Shown piece after piece: positions 10,101 to 20,133 of a DNA stretch of 41,442 nt. The position numbers were made by a program, and so were the translations under genes. The notes beneath the pieces are model-generated. The model was not told where the DNA came from. It did no database searches and was given only the letters and a program-made list of their open reading frames with translations. Within the stretch, counting starts at the first letter, position 1. Each line of letters starts with the position of its first letter. The stretch lies in the sequence record DRR378314_69. One strand, written 5' to 3'.

Positions 10101-11090
10101 ATGTATTTTGTTAGTAGCCAAATAATTCGCTCCTTAGTGCACTTTTTGATAGCACAAGGGCTTGCTCCAGAAGCAGTAAATAAACGTTTACTAAATCGTG
10201 CAAACCACCTTGATGATAGCCGCTATAAATATCCAGTTTCAGATTACGAACAGCTAATGACATTTGCAGCACAACACCTTTGCTGCGATCATATCGGATT
10301 AAAGTTCGGTCAATCTTTAAAAACGCAAAGCTGGGGTTTACTGGGTCACATTGCGCTAGTGAGTGATTCTTTAGGCAAGGTGCTGCAACACGCTTTACAA
10401 CTTAATACATTAGTAAGGAATGTGGGGATTATTCAACTGCACCATGAGCACCAAACAAGTCATTTAAGCTGGTACCCAAGTACTAAAATACAGCATTATA
10501 TGGTTGATGAGCTATTTAGTAGTTGGCTCTCTTTCGCAAAATATTGCAGTTTCAAAAACACAGATTTATCGCTTATAAAGGTACAACTTACTAGATCTGA
10601 ACCCAAGCCCGAGAGTTTGCGCGCATATAAAGCCGTATTTAATTGTCCTATAGAGTTCCACGCAACAACCAATACGCTTAGCTTTAAAAGTAACATGCTT
10701 AGTAGTCCACTTAATTCAGCAAACCAAGAACTAGAGCAATTATTGTCAGCACAAGCAATTGAGCTTATTAGTGAAAATGACCGTATAAACCAGCTTAAAG
10801 CATACATAACCGCACACTTTCCCAATGTACCTAATGTTGAACAAGCAGCAACACAGTTTGGTTTTAAAAAACGCAGCTTACAACGTTATTTAACTGAACA
10901 AGGCTGTAACTATTCAATGCTGGTTGATGAACTTCGCAAATACCATGCGAAGCGTATGTTGCTTAATAAGTTAAGTGTATTGGAAGTAAGTAACCGATTA
11001 GGGTTTTCAGAACAGAGTGTATTACAACGCGCATTTAAGCGTTGGTATGGTTGCTCACCAAAAAAGTTTTTAACACAAATAAAAAATTAA
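10101..11090 (+). CDS. AraC family transcriptional regulator (OruR/VqsM-like N-terminal domain)
   Basis: C-terminal double HTH (RSLQRYL...RLGFSEQSVLQRAFKRWYGCSPK); N-terminal WGLLGH and FNCPIEF segments. Confidence 0.9.
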   Translation: MYFVSSQIIRSLVHFLIAQGLAPEAVNKRLLNRANHLDDSRYKYPVSDYEQLMTFAAQHLCCDHIGLKFGQSLKTQSWGLLGHIALVSDSLGKVLQHALQLNTLVRNVGIIQLHHEHQTSHLSWYPSTKIQHYMVDELFSSWLSFAKYCSFKNTDLSLIKVQLTRSEPKPESLRAYKAVFNCPIEFHATTNTLSFKSNMLSSPLNSANQELEQLLSAQAIELISENDRINQLKAYITAHFPNVPNVEQAATQFGFKKRSLQRYLTEQGCNYSMLVDELRKYHAKRMLLNKLSVLEVSNRLGFSEQSVLQRAFKRWYGCSPKKFLTQIKN

Positions 11091-11307
11091 GTTGTATTAA
11101 TTATTTTTGCCCATATAACAAGGCCAGTAAAAAAATCACACTGTGATTAAAAAGCAATCAAAATAATCGCCTGATACCTTTTAAAGCAGTAAAAACAAAT
11201 TAACCACAGCTAATTAATTAAAAATAAATTTGCCTAGGCCATAGGATTCTGTTATTTATAGCCGCCGGCTAAAGCTGGGCATTATATTAAGGATTTAGGA
11301 GAAAGTT

Positions 11308-11751
11308 ATGCCAGACCAAAAAAAATTAGGGTTATTGGCTCAGGCCGGATTAGAACCGTACCAAGAAAAACCGGGCGAAGAGTATATGAATGAAGCACAA
11401 CGTGCTCATTTTAAAACTATTTTGGAAGCATGGCGCAACGATTTACGTAACGAAGTAGACCGCACGAAGTCGCACATGCAAGACGAAGCTGCTAACTTTC
11501 CTGATCCAGTTGACCGCGCTGCACAAGAAGAAGAGTTCTCTTTAGAACTTAGAACACGTGACCGTGAGCGTAAACTGATCAAAAAAATTGAAAAAACAAT
11601 TATCCTTATCAAAGAAGATGATTTTGGATTTTGTGAATCATGTGGAATTGAAATTGGTATCCGTCGTTTAGAAGCACGTCCTACAGCTGATTTATGCGTA
11701 GACTGCAAAACACTTGCCGAAATCAAAGAAAAACAAGCTGGACGCGGTTAA
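11308..11751 (+). CDS. dksA: RNA polymerase-binding transcription factor DksA
   Basis: [27 protein letters not shown] coiled coil; C4 zinc finger CESC...CVDC; AGGAG RBS. Confidence 0.98.
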   Translation: MPDQKKLGLLAQAGLEPYQEKPGEEYMNEAQRAHFKTILEAWRNDLRNEVDRTKSHMQDEAANFPDPVDRAAQEEEFSLELRTRDRERKLIKKIEKTIILIKEDDFGFCESCGIEIGIRRLEARPTADLCVDCKTLAEIKEKQAGRG

Positions 11752-11769
11752 TAACTTTTAAGTTAAACC

Positions 11770-12717
11770 ATGTCGATAACCACAGCCGTTACTGCGCCAC
11801 TGCGCAATTATCGCGGACGCTTTGCGCCGTCACCTTCTGGGCCTCTTCACTTTGGCTCCTTGGTTGCGGCTGTGGGCAGTTACCTAGATGCAAAACATAA
11901 TCAAGGCAGCTGGTTAGTTCGTATTGAAGATATAGATACAACCCGAGTTGTAAAAGGCGCCGCTGACGACATTCTCAAAACACTAGAGGCCTACGGCTTG
12001 TATTGGGATGAGCAAGTTGTTTATCAAACTCAGCGCCATGAATTATATCACCACTATGTAACAATGCTAAAAGAGCAGCACTTGGTTTATGCGTGTGACT
12101 GTTCTCGTAAACAAATAAAAGCACTTGGCGGAATATACCAAGGTCACTGTAAAAACCGCTTTGTGGATGCAAGTAAGTACGCACTTCGCCTCACTCAATG
12201 CCACCCCACAATTCGTTATTTTGACTTGATTCAAGGTAATGTTGTTGTAGATTCAGCCCTCGCCCATGAAGACTATATTATTAAACGCAGCGATGGATTA
12301 TTTGCTTATCAACTTGTGGTTGTTGCTGATGATATTGAGCAAGGGATCACTGATGTAGTACGAGGCGCAGATTTATTAGAACCAACTGCAAGGCAGTTAA
12401 GCTTATTTAAGCAGCTTAAAGCTCCAATTCCTAATTACGCGCACTTACCTTTGGCCGTTGCAAAACCAGGATTTAAATTATCTAAGCAAAATTATGCACC
12501 CGCCATTTGTAAACAAAATCCAAAGCCCAGTTTATTCAATGCATTTGAGTTTTTAGGGTTAGCACCTACACCAGAAATATCCACACTCAGTGTAGAGAAA
12601 ATGATGGCATGGGCTGTCAATCGCTATGACCTCCAACACGTACCAAAAGTACCACAAATTCAGGTTTCTCAAGCTGACGCTAACCAAGCAACCGTTTTTA
12701 AGCAACTAATTAAGTAA
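11770..12717 (+). CDS. gluQ: Glutamyl-Q tRNA(Asp) synthetase
   Basis: GRFAPSPSGPLHFGS, KLSKQN; truncated GluRS paralogue directly downstream of dksA. Confidence 0.95.
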   Translation: MSITTAVTAPLRNYRGRFAPSPSGPLHFGSLVAAVGSYLDAKHNQGSWLVRIEDIDTTRVVKGAADDILKTLEAYGLYWDEQVVYQTQRHELYHHYVTMLKEQHLVYACDCSRKQIKALGGIYQGHCKNRFVDASKYALRLTQCHPTIRYFDLIQGNVVVDSALAHEDYIIKRSDGLFAYQLVVVADDIEQGITDVVRGADLLEPTARQLSLFKQLKAPIPNYAHLPLAVAKPGFKLSKQNYAPAICKQNPKPSLFNAFEFLGLAPTPEISTLSVEKMMAWAVNRYDLQHVPKVPQIQVSQADANQATVFKQLIK

Positions 12718-12911
12718 TTAATACCTAAATAGCGTTTATTTTAAAGCCACCAACTTAATTTTTAAGCTGCGCTGGTATATTATAAGCCACGCAATACGTT
12801 TATCGCCAAGTATGCACATTCCTCGTGCAGTTAATATCAAAATACAGCTATACTTGGTTTGATTTTTGATGGATATGCCGTCAATTAACAGAATTCTGTA
12901 GGAGACAGATT

Positions 12912-14306
12912 ATTATTTCCAAGCTTTTTCAATTTTGTCGGCAAATTATTGGGCCAAATGGCACTCAAACATCTCAACCAGAACAAGCGCAAAGCTTGCC
13001 TTTGGTTATTGGACGTAATGAGCACGGTATTTCTCGTAAACAATTTAGTCCAAATGCAATTAAGGTATTATATCGCCTGAAAGATGGAGGATTTGATGCC
13101 TACCTTGTGGGTGGTTGTGTTCGTGATATTTTGCTAGGGCAACAGCCAAAAGACTTTGATGTTGTAACTAATGCCACACCAGAACAAGTAAAAAAGCTAT
13201 TTCGTAACTGTCGTTTAATTGGTCGCCGATTTAGATTGGCACATATTGTTTTTGGCCGAGAAATTATTGAAGTTGCAACAATGCGCGGACACCATGAAGC
13301 CGCTGAAGATAAAAATCAAATCAGTCAATCTAGCGATCAAGGTCAATTGCTGCGAGATAATGTTTTTGGCAGCATTGAAGAAGATGCCGAGCGCCGCGAT
13401 TTTACAATCAATGCCTTATATTACTCTATTAATGACTTCTCAATTCATGACTTTGCCAACGGTATTGCCGCGATTAATGCAAGGCAAATAGAGTTAATTG
13501 GCGACCCACAAACTCGCTATAGAGAAGACCCAGTTCGAATGTTGCGCGCAGTGCGCTTTGCCACCAAGCTTGATATGACGATTGCACCTGCAACTGAAAA
13601 GCCAATTAAAGAGCTAGCAAGTCTGCTTGATAATATTCCTCCAGCGCGGTTATTTGAAGAAACATTAAAGCTTTTCTTAAACGGCAAAGCCGAAGAGAAC
13701 TTTCTTATGTTGCGCCGCTATGGTTTATTTAAGTCATTATTTCCAGCGCTTGATAAAATCTTAGATAAAAATACTGAGGGATTAGAGCATTCTCTTATTC
13801 AACAGATGTTCCGCAATACAGATGAACGCATTAACGCGGATAAAAAAGTCACACCAGCTTTCATCTTTGCTGCTCTATTATGGTTCCCGTTATTAAAAAT
13901 AGCGAAACAGCTACAACTGAGTGAACAACTTTCAGAGTATGATGCGTACACCCAAGCAATGAATAAAGTGCTCAGTGAAAACGCACAACACATTGCCGTG
14001 CCTAAGCGTTTCACCTTGGGTGCCCGTGATATTTGGCATATACAGCAGCGCTTAGACAAACGCTCAGGCCAACGTGCATTTAGGTTGACTCAACAACCGC
14101 GCTTTAAAGCCGCTTATGACTTTTTGCTCTTACGCGTGCAAGCGGGTGAACATCAACACCAAGAACTTGCAAATTGGTGGAGCGAATACCTAAGTAAAGA
14201 CGTAAATGGCCAGAAAGATATGGTTAGAGCATTAGGTAGCCAAGGTGCACCTAAAGGCCGACGCCGATCACGTCGTCGTAGCAGCCCAAAACCGGCAACT
14301 GAGTAA
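12912..14306 (+). CDS. pcnB: Poly(A) polymerase I, probably starting at an AUU codon (ORF track begins at 12996)
   Basis: YLVGGCVRD, KDFDV, RLIGRRFRLAHI, RRDFTINAL and REDPVRMLRA motifs. In-frame ATT-ATT-ATT at 12909-12917 follows an AGGAG SD (12900-12904); the extension ISKLFQFCRQII resembles the E. coli PAP I N-terminus. Confidence 0.93.
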   Translation: MISKLFQFCRQIIGPNGTQTSQPEQAQSLPLVIGRNEHGISRKQFSPNAIKVLYRLKDGGFDAYLVGGCVRDILLGQQPKDFDVVTNATPEQVKKLFRNCRLIGRRFRLAHIVFGREIIEVATMRGHHEAAEDKNQISQSSDQGQLLRDNVFGSIEEDAERRDFTINALYYSINDFSIHDFANGIAAINARQIELIGDPQTRYREDPVRMLRAVRFATKLDMTIAPATEKPIKELASLLDNIPPARLFEETLKLFLNGKAEENFLMLRRYGLFKSLFPALDKILDKNTEGLEHSLIQQMFRNTDERINADKKVTPAFIFAALLWFPLLKIAKQLQLSEQLSEYDAYTQAMNKVLSENAQHIAVPKRFTLGARDIWHIQQRLDKRSGQRAFRLTQQPRFKAAYDFLLLRVQAGEHQHQELANWWSEYLSKDVNGQKDMVRALGSQGAPKGRRRSRRRSSPKPATE

Positions 14307-14310
14307 CAAA

Positions 14311-14796
14311 ATGGCAACTGTATATCTTGGTCTAGGGGCTAATTTAAACGCCCCTCGTGAGCAGTTAAACAACGCTATTTTAGCCTTACAAACGCTTCCC
14401 CATTGCGAGCTTATTAGTGTGTCTCATCACTATGCTAGTAAACCGATGGGCCCACAAGATCAGCCGGATTATGTCAATGCCGTTGCGGCTATAAAAACAT
14501 CTCTACTTCCCGAGCAGCTTCTTGATTTTACACAAAAAATTGAGCTAGACCACGGGCGTGTTCGTAAAGAAGAGCGTTGGGGTCCACGCACGCTGGATAT
14601 AGATATTTTATTATTTGGAAATCAAGTAATTGATACTGAACGGCTAACAGTTCCCCATTATGGTTTGACTGAGCGTGAGTTTGTTGTCTATCCATTACTT
14701 GAAATTGCGCCTGATATTACCTTGCCAACTGGCAAAAGATTAACAGATATTACCGCAACATTAGCATTAAACGAATTACAACAATTACCTCTGTAA
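14311..14796 (+). CDS. folK: 2-amino-4-hydroxy-6-hydroxymethyldihydropteridine pyrophosphokinase
   Basis: YLGLGANL, QPDYVNAV, RWGPRTLDIDIL and PHY motifs; ATG 14311 just after the pcnB stop. Confidence 0.95.
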   Translation: MATVYLGLGANLNAPREQLNNAILALQTLPHCELISVSHHYASKPMGPQDQPDYVNAVAAIKTSLLPEQLLDFTQKIELDHGRVRKEERWGPRTLDIDILLFGNQVIDTERLTVPHYGLTEREFVVYPLLEIAPDITLPTGKRLTDITATLALNELQQLPL

Positions 14797-14827
14797 TTAA
14801 TTTCAGGGCGTTGCCTACGAGGATATT

Positions 14828-15622
14828 ATGTCTAAAATAACAGTCTCTACTCTCAATAAAATGAAAGCAGAACAGCAAAAAATAACCGCTTTAACCGCTT
14901 ACGATGCCAGCTTTGCTAAGCTCTTTTATGATAACGGTGTTGACGTTGTTTTAGTAGGTGATTCACTTGGTATGGTACTACAAGGTGGTGACGATACCCT
15001 TGCAGTAACAAATACAGATATCGCCTATCATACTCGCTGCGTGCGTGCTGGTAGTCGTGATTTATTTGTCATTGCAGATATGCCGTTTATGACCTATTCA
15101 AGCCCACTGCAAAGCTGCGAAAATGCAGCACAACTCATGCGTGCAGGGGCTAACATGGTTAAGTTAGAAGGGGGTGAATGGTTGTACGATTCAATTACGG
15201 CCCTAACACAACAAGGTATTCCTGTATGTGGGCACTTAGGACTCACGCCTCAGTCTGTGCATGTTTTTGGTGGCTTTAAAATTCAAGGCCGCATCGAAGA
15301 GCAAGCTAAAAAGATGATCACAGATGCACAAGCGCTTGAAAAAGCAGGCGCACAAATGATTGTGCTTGAATGTATACCTGCTGAGCTTGCAAAACGTATT
15401 ACAGATGCGGTCGATATTCCGACAATTGGTATTGGCGCAGGAAATCAAACTGATGGTCAAATTTTAGTTATGCATGATTTGGTCGGAATTTCTGCAGGTT
15501 ACATCCCTAAATTCTCGAAAAACTTTTTATTAGAAACAGGTAATATGCCTGATGCCGTTAAAAAATACTGCAATGATGTTAAAAGTGGCACCTTCCCAAG
15601 CGTTGAACATGAGTTTAAATAA
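14828..15622 (+). CDS. panB: 3-methyl-2-oxobutanoate hydroxymethyltransferase
   Basis: [37 protein letters not shown] and DGQILV motifs. Confidence 0.97.
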   Translation: MSKITVSTLNKMKAEQQKITALTAYDASFAKLFYDNGVDVVLVGDSLGMVLQGGDDTLAVTNTDIAYHTRCVRAGSRDLFVIADMPFMTYSSPLQSCENAAQLMRAGANMVKLEGGEWLYDSITALTQQGIPVCGHLGLTPQSVHVFGGFKIQGRIEEQAKKMITDAQALEKAGAQMIVLECIPAELAKRITDAVDIPTIGIGAGNQTDGQILVMHDLVGISAGYIPKFSKNFLLETGNMPDAVKKYCNDVKSGTFPSVEHEFK

Positions 15623-16476
15623 TGCAGTCTATAACTGAAATAAAATCATTACGCAGTCAAATTAAAGCTTGGCGTCAAGTCGGCCTTAGTGTTGCATTGG
15701 TTCCTACAATGGGAAATCTGCATCAAGGTCATTTCTCACTGGTAGAAAAAGCAAAAACAATGGCTGATAAAGTTGTTGTTAGTATTTTCGTTAATCCAAT
15801 GCAGTTTGGTGAAAGTGAAGACTTAGATAGTTATCCGCGTACGTTGAATGCTGATAAACAAGGACTAGCTGAGCTGGGCACCGATATTGTTTTTACTCCC
15901 ACTGTAGAAACCATTTATCCAAACGGTTTAGGCGCACAAAGTTATGTTGATGTACCCAATATTTCAATGGGTTATTGTGGTGGGTCTCGCCCAGGTCATT
16001 TTAAAGGTGTTGCAACCGTAGTAACTAAGCTATTTAATTTGGTTCAACCTGACTTTGCCTGTTTCGGTGAGAAAGACTTTCAGCAGTTACAAGTTATCAA
16101 AACGATGGTGCGCGATTTATCTATCCCTGTTGAAGTGATCGGCGTTGCAACTACTCGTGAAGTCTCAGGACTTGCGATGAGTTCTCGTAATGGTTATTTA
16201 TCTGATCAACAAAAAGCTACTGCGGCTAATTTATTTAAAACATTATCTTACGTTGCAGCGCAGTTAAAAGCTGGCCAAAATGACTTTTCAGCTCTTTGCC
16301 AACAAGCAAAGCAAACGCTGAGCGATGCAGGATTAAAAGCAGATTATTTTGAGATAGCACAGCGCGATACCTTAAAAAGCGCTACAGTAAAAGATGAACA
16401 ATTAGTCATTTTAGCTGCTGCATATTTAGGTAATGTGAGGCTAATCGATAACTTACAAGTTGATATAATAAATTAG
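15622..16476 (+). CDS. panC: Pantoate--beta-alanine ligase
   Basis: [37 protein letters not shown] and RLIDN motifs; TAATG stop/start overlap with panB. Confidence 0.97.
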   Translation: MQSITEIKSLRSQIKAWRQVGLSVALVPTMGNLHQGHFSLVEKAKTMADKVVVSIFVNPMQFGESEDLDSYPRTLNADKQGLAELGTDIVFTPTVETIYPNGLGAQSYVDVPNISMGYCGGSRPGHFKGVATVVTKLFNLVQPDFACFGEKDFQQLQVIKTMVRDLSIPVEVIGVATTREVSGLAMSSRNGYLSDQQKATAANLFKTLSYVAAQLKAGQNDFSALCQQAKQTLSDAGLKADYFEIAQRDTLKSATVKDEQLVILAAAYLGNVRLIDNLQVDIIN

Positions 16477-16484
16477 GGATAAAA

Positions 16485-16724
16485 ATGAATTCACTACTTA
16501 AAATAGCCAGTACCACTTTACTTGCAGGACTTTTGCTAGGCTGCCAAAACCAGATAGAAAATCCAGAAATGCAGCAGTGCGCACAACAAAACTACCAATG
16601 TGAGCTTAACTGTGAGCAACAAAGCACAGGGGAAGGCATGGTACACAAAGTATGTAGTACAAAATGCATAGAAACATTCAATCAATGCAAAGCCAATGCT
16701 GAGAAGCTAGGGGAAATGCAATAA
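16485..16724 (+). CDS. Small cysteine-rich lipoprotein, function unknown
   Basis: Lipobox LLGC; six further Cys arranged C-x6-C-x3-C-x13-C-x3-C-x6-C; AGGGA RBS 8 nt after panC. Confidence 0.75.
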   Translation: MNSLLKIASTTLLAGLLLGCQNQIENPEMQQCAQQNYQCELNCEQQSTGEGMVHKVCSTKCIETFNQCKANAEKLGEMQ

Positions 16725-16735
16725 ATAATAGTTTA

Positions 16736-16764
16736 AAGCTTATCAACCTTACTCTGATAAGCTT
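16736..16764 (+). terminator. Hairpin after the pan-lipoprotein operon (possible terminator or stabiliser)
   Basis: AAGCTTATCA-ACCTTACTC-TGATAAGCTT with only a weak U-tract. Confidence 0.4.
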
Positions 16765-16873
16765 CTGTGCTCTGCTTAAGCAAACCCTAACCACAACTAA
16801 CTAACCTAAATTTGAATAACTAATCAAATATTAATAAGTCATTAAAACGAACTTTAAAGAGTGTGTGAAGTTC

Positions 16874-16922
16874 AGGGTCTGCTGACCTTTCAAGGTTAAT
16901 TTTGCAAAGGTCAACAGACCCT
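16874..16922. repeat. 49-bp element with 17-bp terminal inverted repeats; MITE/REP-like remnant
   Basis: AGGGTCTGCTGACCTTT ... AAAGGTCAACAGACCCT (16/17 match), with the right end running into CTAG. Confidence 0.6.
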
Positions 16923-16936
16923 AGTGTTACTAGCCA

Positions 16937-16971
16937 TAAAAAAACCGCCTTTATTTATAAAGGCGGTTTTT
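16937..16971. terminator. Bidirectional Rho-independent terminator downstream of pstS
   Basis: AAAAAAAACCGCCTTTA-TTTA-TAAAGGCGGTTTTT. Confidence 0.88.
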
Positions 16972-16990
16972 ATTATTATCAATTATATGA

Positions 16991-17959
16991 TTATAAAAGA
17001 CCTAGTTTCTTAAGCTCTCTCATTGCCATCGCGCCTGACAATGGCACATAACCGTCTTTCTCTACAATCTTTTGACCGCTTTGAGAAAGTACCATTTTAA
17101 GGAACTCTGCATCAATTGGAGAAAGTGGTTTATTAGGGTGCTTGTTAATGTATACGTACAAGAAACGAGATAACGGGTATTTACCTGTTGCTACGTTATC
17201 CAGGGTAGCATCTACGAACTTGTTTCCTTTTTTAGCCAGTGGAACAGTACGAACACCCGATGTTTTGTAACCGATACCTGAGTAACCGATTGCATTTACA
17301 GAAGATGAAATTGACTGTACAACTGATGCAGAACCCGGTTGTTCATTTACATTGTTACGGAAATCACCTTTACATAAAGCCATTTTCTTAAAGTAACCAT
17401 ACGTCCCTGATACAGAGTTGCGACCATAAAGCTGAACATCTTTAGCTGCCCAATCACCAGTTAAGCCTACATCACTCCAGCGAGATACTTCATCTGATGC
17501 GCCACATTTACGCGTTGATGAGAAGATAGCGTCAACCTGGTCAATACGAAGGCCTTCAATTGGGTTATCTTTGTGAACAAATACAGCAAGAGCATCAATT
17601 GCAACACGCACTTCTGTTGGCTTGTAACCATAACGTTTTTCGAACGATTCAATTTCTTTTGACTTCATCTTACGGCTCATAGGGCCGAAATTTGCAGTAC
17701 CTTCAGTTAAAGCAGGTGGCGCTGTTGAAGAGCCCGCTGCTTGAATTTGAATATTTACATTAGGGTAAAAGCGCTTATATTCTTCAGCCCAAAAAGTCAT
17801 CATGTTGGCAAGAGTGTCAGAGCCCACTGATGAAAAGTTGCCTGAGATACCTGTTGTTTTCTCATACTCAGGAATCGTTTTATCTAAAGCTAGCGCTTGT
17901 GCAGATACTAATGTTGTAACAGCCACACCCATTGCGGCAACTAAACTTTTAAATTTCAT
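16991..17959 (-). CDS. pstS: Phosphate ABC transporter substrate-binding protein
   Basis: [32 protein letters not shown] and [10 protein letters not shown] motifs; signal peptide; downstream of phoBR. Confidence 0.93.
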   Translation of the reverse strand: MKFKSLVAAMGVAVTTLVSAQALALDKTIPEYEKTTGISGNFSSVGSDTLANMMTFWAEEYKRFYPNVNIQIQAAGSSTAPPALTEGTANFGPMSRKMKSKEIESFEKRYGYKPTEVRVAIDALAVFVHKDNPIEGLRIDQVDAIFSSTRKCGASDEVSRWSDVGLTGDWAAKDVQLYGRNSVSGTYGYFKKMALCKGDFRNNVNEQPGSASVVQSISSSVNAIGYSGIGYKTSGVRTVPLAKKGNKFVDATLDNVATGKYPLSRFLYVYINKHPNKPLSPIDAEFLKMVLSQSGQKIVEKDGYVPLSGAMAMRELKKLGLL

Positions 17960-18019
17960 AGGGGTTACTCCGATTTGTTCGTCCCATTTCCTAACTGCTG
18001 ACTACTTTAAAGCCATTAA

Positions 18020-18059
18020 ATGACAGTTAGATTACTTAATTGTTGCACTTTTATGACTT
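18020..18059 (-). promoter_or_regulatory. Tandem Pho boxes of the pstS promoter, overlapping the phoR 3' end
   Basis: Minus strand reads AAGTCATAAAA-GTGCAACAATT-AAGTAATCTAA-CTGTCAT (11-bp period), then 10 nt, then a TAAAGT -10 element. Confidence 0.75.
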
Positions 18060-19378
18060 TCGAGTGTTTTTGAATTACCACTCTCTACAAGCTTCTCTTT
18101 TGAGAACGAAAAAGAGAAACATGAGCCTTCACCAAGCTTACTTTTTATTTGTAAATGGCTATCATGGCGTGTAAGTACATGCTTTGTTATCGCCAAGCCT
18201 AAACCAGAACCACCCGTTGTTCTACTTCTGGCTTTATCTACACGGTAAAATCGCTCAGTGAGGCGGTTAATATGTTCTGGCGCGATACCATCACCATTAT
18301 CAACGACAGAAAAAACGGCTTGACTGTCTACCCGCTGCCAACTTACGGTTATTTTCCCGCCTGGTTTAGTGTAATGAATAGCATTAAACACTAAATTAGA
18401 AAACGCACTGCGCAGTTCATCCTCAGCGCCTTTAATATCAAGCTCTGCATCAACCTCAAATGTGAGCTCATGCCCTTTATCTTGATTAAGTGACTGGGCC
18501 TCAGTGCGAATATACGCCAATAACTGAGGGACATTGATTGCTTTATCATTATCTTGTCGTCTTACGCCTTCAATGCGTGACAATGATAATAATTGATTTA
18601 CCAAGCTATCCATACGCTTACACTGTTCTAACATAGTATTCTGCGCTTTATTCCACATAGCTGGCGGTGGCATCATATCGCCATCAAACATTTCTAAATA
18701 GCCTGTCACTACCGTCAAAGGTGTGCGTAACTCATGCGACACATTTGCAACAAAGTCTTTGCGCATTTGTTCTAGCTGCTTTAAACGAGTAACATCCCTC
18801 ACAACCACCATAAGCTGTGAGCTTGCGTATGGCATGACACGGTATTCCAGTACTTGCTCAACACTGTGTGTATTTTCAAGTTCAAGAGCTTCATCAAATT
18901 TTTCTTGGTGCATATATTTAGCAAATTTAGGATCACGAATTAGATTATCTAAACGTTGTCCATGATCAGCAGGCCACTGCAAACCAAGTATTTTTAACGC
19001 CAATTGATTACACCAAACAATACTAAGATCCCGCTGTAACACTACAACAGCATCAGGGACAGCTTCAGCACCATCACGAAAGCGGCGAATTAGATCTGCA
19101 AGTTCATTTCTCTTTTTGCGATTGCGATGCTGTAGATGATAAATTCCTTCAAAAACTTGTTCCCATGCACCTTCACCTTCCGGTGGATTAAAACTGCGTT
19201 GATTAAGTAGCCAATCACTGAGTCGGTAAAGTTGATGATAATGCCAAACTAATAATGAAAATGAGCCTAAAAATAAAAGCAAAAATGGCGCACCAATAAG
19301 CACGCCAATAAGTAGTAGGGGTAAAAAATAGATAAGCAAACGCTTAGCAAGCGCTTGCTTATTAACAACTCGATACAT
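18032..19378 (-). CDS. phoR: Phosphate regulon sensor histidine kinase
   Basis: PAS domain; H-box DFVANVSHELRTPL; RLTERFYRVDKARSRTTGGSGLGLAI. Confidence 0.97.
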   Translation of the reverse strand: MYRVVNKQALAKRLLIYFLPLLLIGVLIGAPFLLLFLGSFSLLVWHYHQLYRLSDWLLNQRSFNPPEGEGAWEQVFEGIYHLQHRNRKKRNELADLIRRFRDGAEAVPDAVVVLQRDLSIVWCNQLALKILGLQWPADHGQRLDNLIRDPKFAKYMHQEKFDEALELENTHSVEQVLEYRVMPYASSQLMVVVRDVTRLKQLEQMRKDFVANVSHELRTPLTVVTGYLEMFDGDMMPPPAMWNKAQNTMLEQCKRMDSLVNQLLSLSRIEGVRRQDNDKAINVPQLLAYIRTEAQSLNQDKGHELTFEVDAELDIKGAEDELRSAFSNLVFNAIHYTKPGGKITVSWQRVDSQAVFSVVDNGDGIAPEHINRLTERFYRVDKARSRTTGGSGLGLAITKHVLTRHDSHLQIKSKLGEGSCFSFSFSKEKLVESGNSKTLESHKSATIK

Positions 19379-19443
19379 AAACTCACTTTACCTTAGAAAA
19401 ATAAACTTAAGCTAATAAAGTCATTAACTTAACGTTTAAGATA

Positions 19444-20133
19444 CTATAGTTTACTCGAAAAACGGTAACCTGCGCCTCTCACCGTCTGAACCAGTCTATC
19501 ATGTCCCAGCGGAGCTATCGCTTTACGCAAACGACGAATATGCACGTCGACTGTTCTGTCTTCAACATAGACATTAGTCCCCCACACATTATCTAGCAAT
19601 TGTTCTCGGCTATATACGCGCTCAGGGTGAGTCATAAAGAAGTGCAATAATCTAAACTCTGTAGGCCCCATGTCCAGCTCGCTGCCATCAGAAGTTACGC
19701 GATGTGAAATTGGATCTAAGCGTAAACCGTGTACCTCAATCGCCTCTTCTAGCGACGTAGGTGAAACCCGACGGATTACCGCTTTAATGCGCGCCATCAG
19801 TTCTTTCGGTGAAAATGGTTTCGTTACATAATCGTCAGCACCGACTTCTAAGCCTCGGACTTTATCTTCCTCTTCGCCACGGGCTGTTAGCATGATGATA
19901 GGGATTTTGCGAGTATGCTCATTTTGTTTAAACTTTTTAGCAATTTGAATACCACTGCCACCTGGTAACATCCAATCCAGTAGAACCATGTCTGGGTATG
20001 GTTCGACCATGGCTGCAATAGCAGAATCGTAATCTTCGGCCTCAATTGCTTGAAATCCATTTTGTTCTAATACAAAAACTAACATTTCCCTAATAGGCGC
20101 TTCGTCATCGACGACAAGTACTTTACGTGACAT
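19444..20133 (-). CDS. phoB: Phosphate regulon response regulator
   Basis: [11 protein letters not shown] receiver; [25 protein letters not shown]...[13 protein letters not shown]. Confidence 0.98.
   Translation of the reverse strand: MSRKVLVVDDEAPIREMLVFVLEQNGFQAIEAEDYDSAIAAMVEPYPDMVLLDWMLPGGSGIQIAKKFKQNEHTRKIPIIMLTARGEEEDKVRGLEVGADDYVTKPFSPKELMARIKAVIRRVSPTSLEEAIEVHGLRLDPISHRVTSDGSELDMGPTEFRLLHFFMTHPERVYSREQLLDNVWGTNVYVEDRTVDVHIRRLRKAIAPLGHDRLVQTVRGAGYRFSSKL

Noticed and set aside
11134-11148. AATCACA-C-TGTGATT palindrome upstream of dksA as a CRP site
   Set aside because: The half-sites are in the wrong order and spacing for CRP (TGTGA-N6-TCACA), and there is no other support.
14245-14310. 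N-terminal extension of folK overlapping pcnB in the ORF track
   Set aside because: FolK homology starts at MATVYLGLG (ATG 14311); the extension overlaps the pcnB tail.
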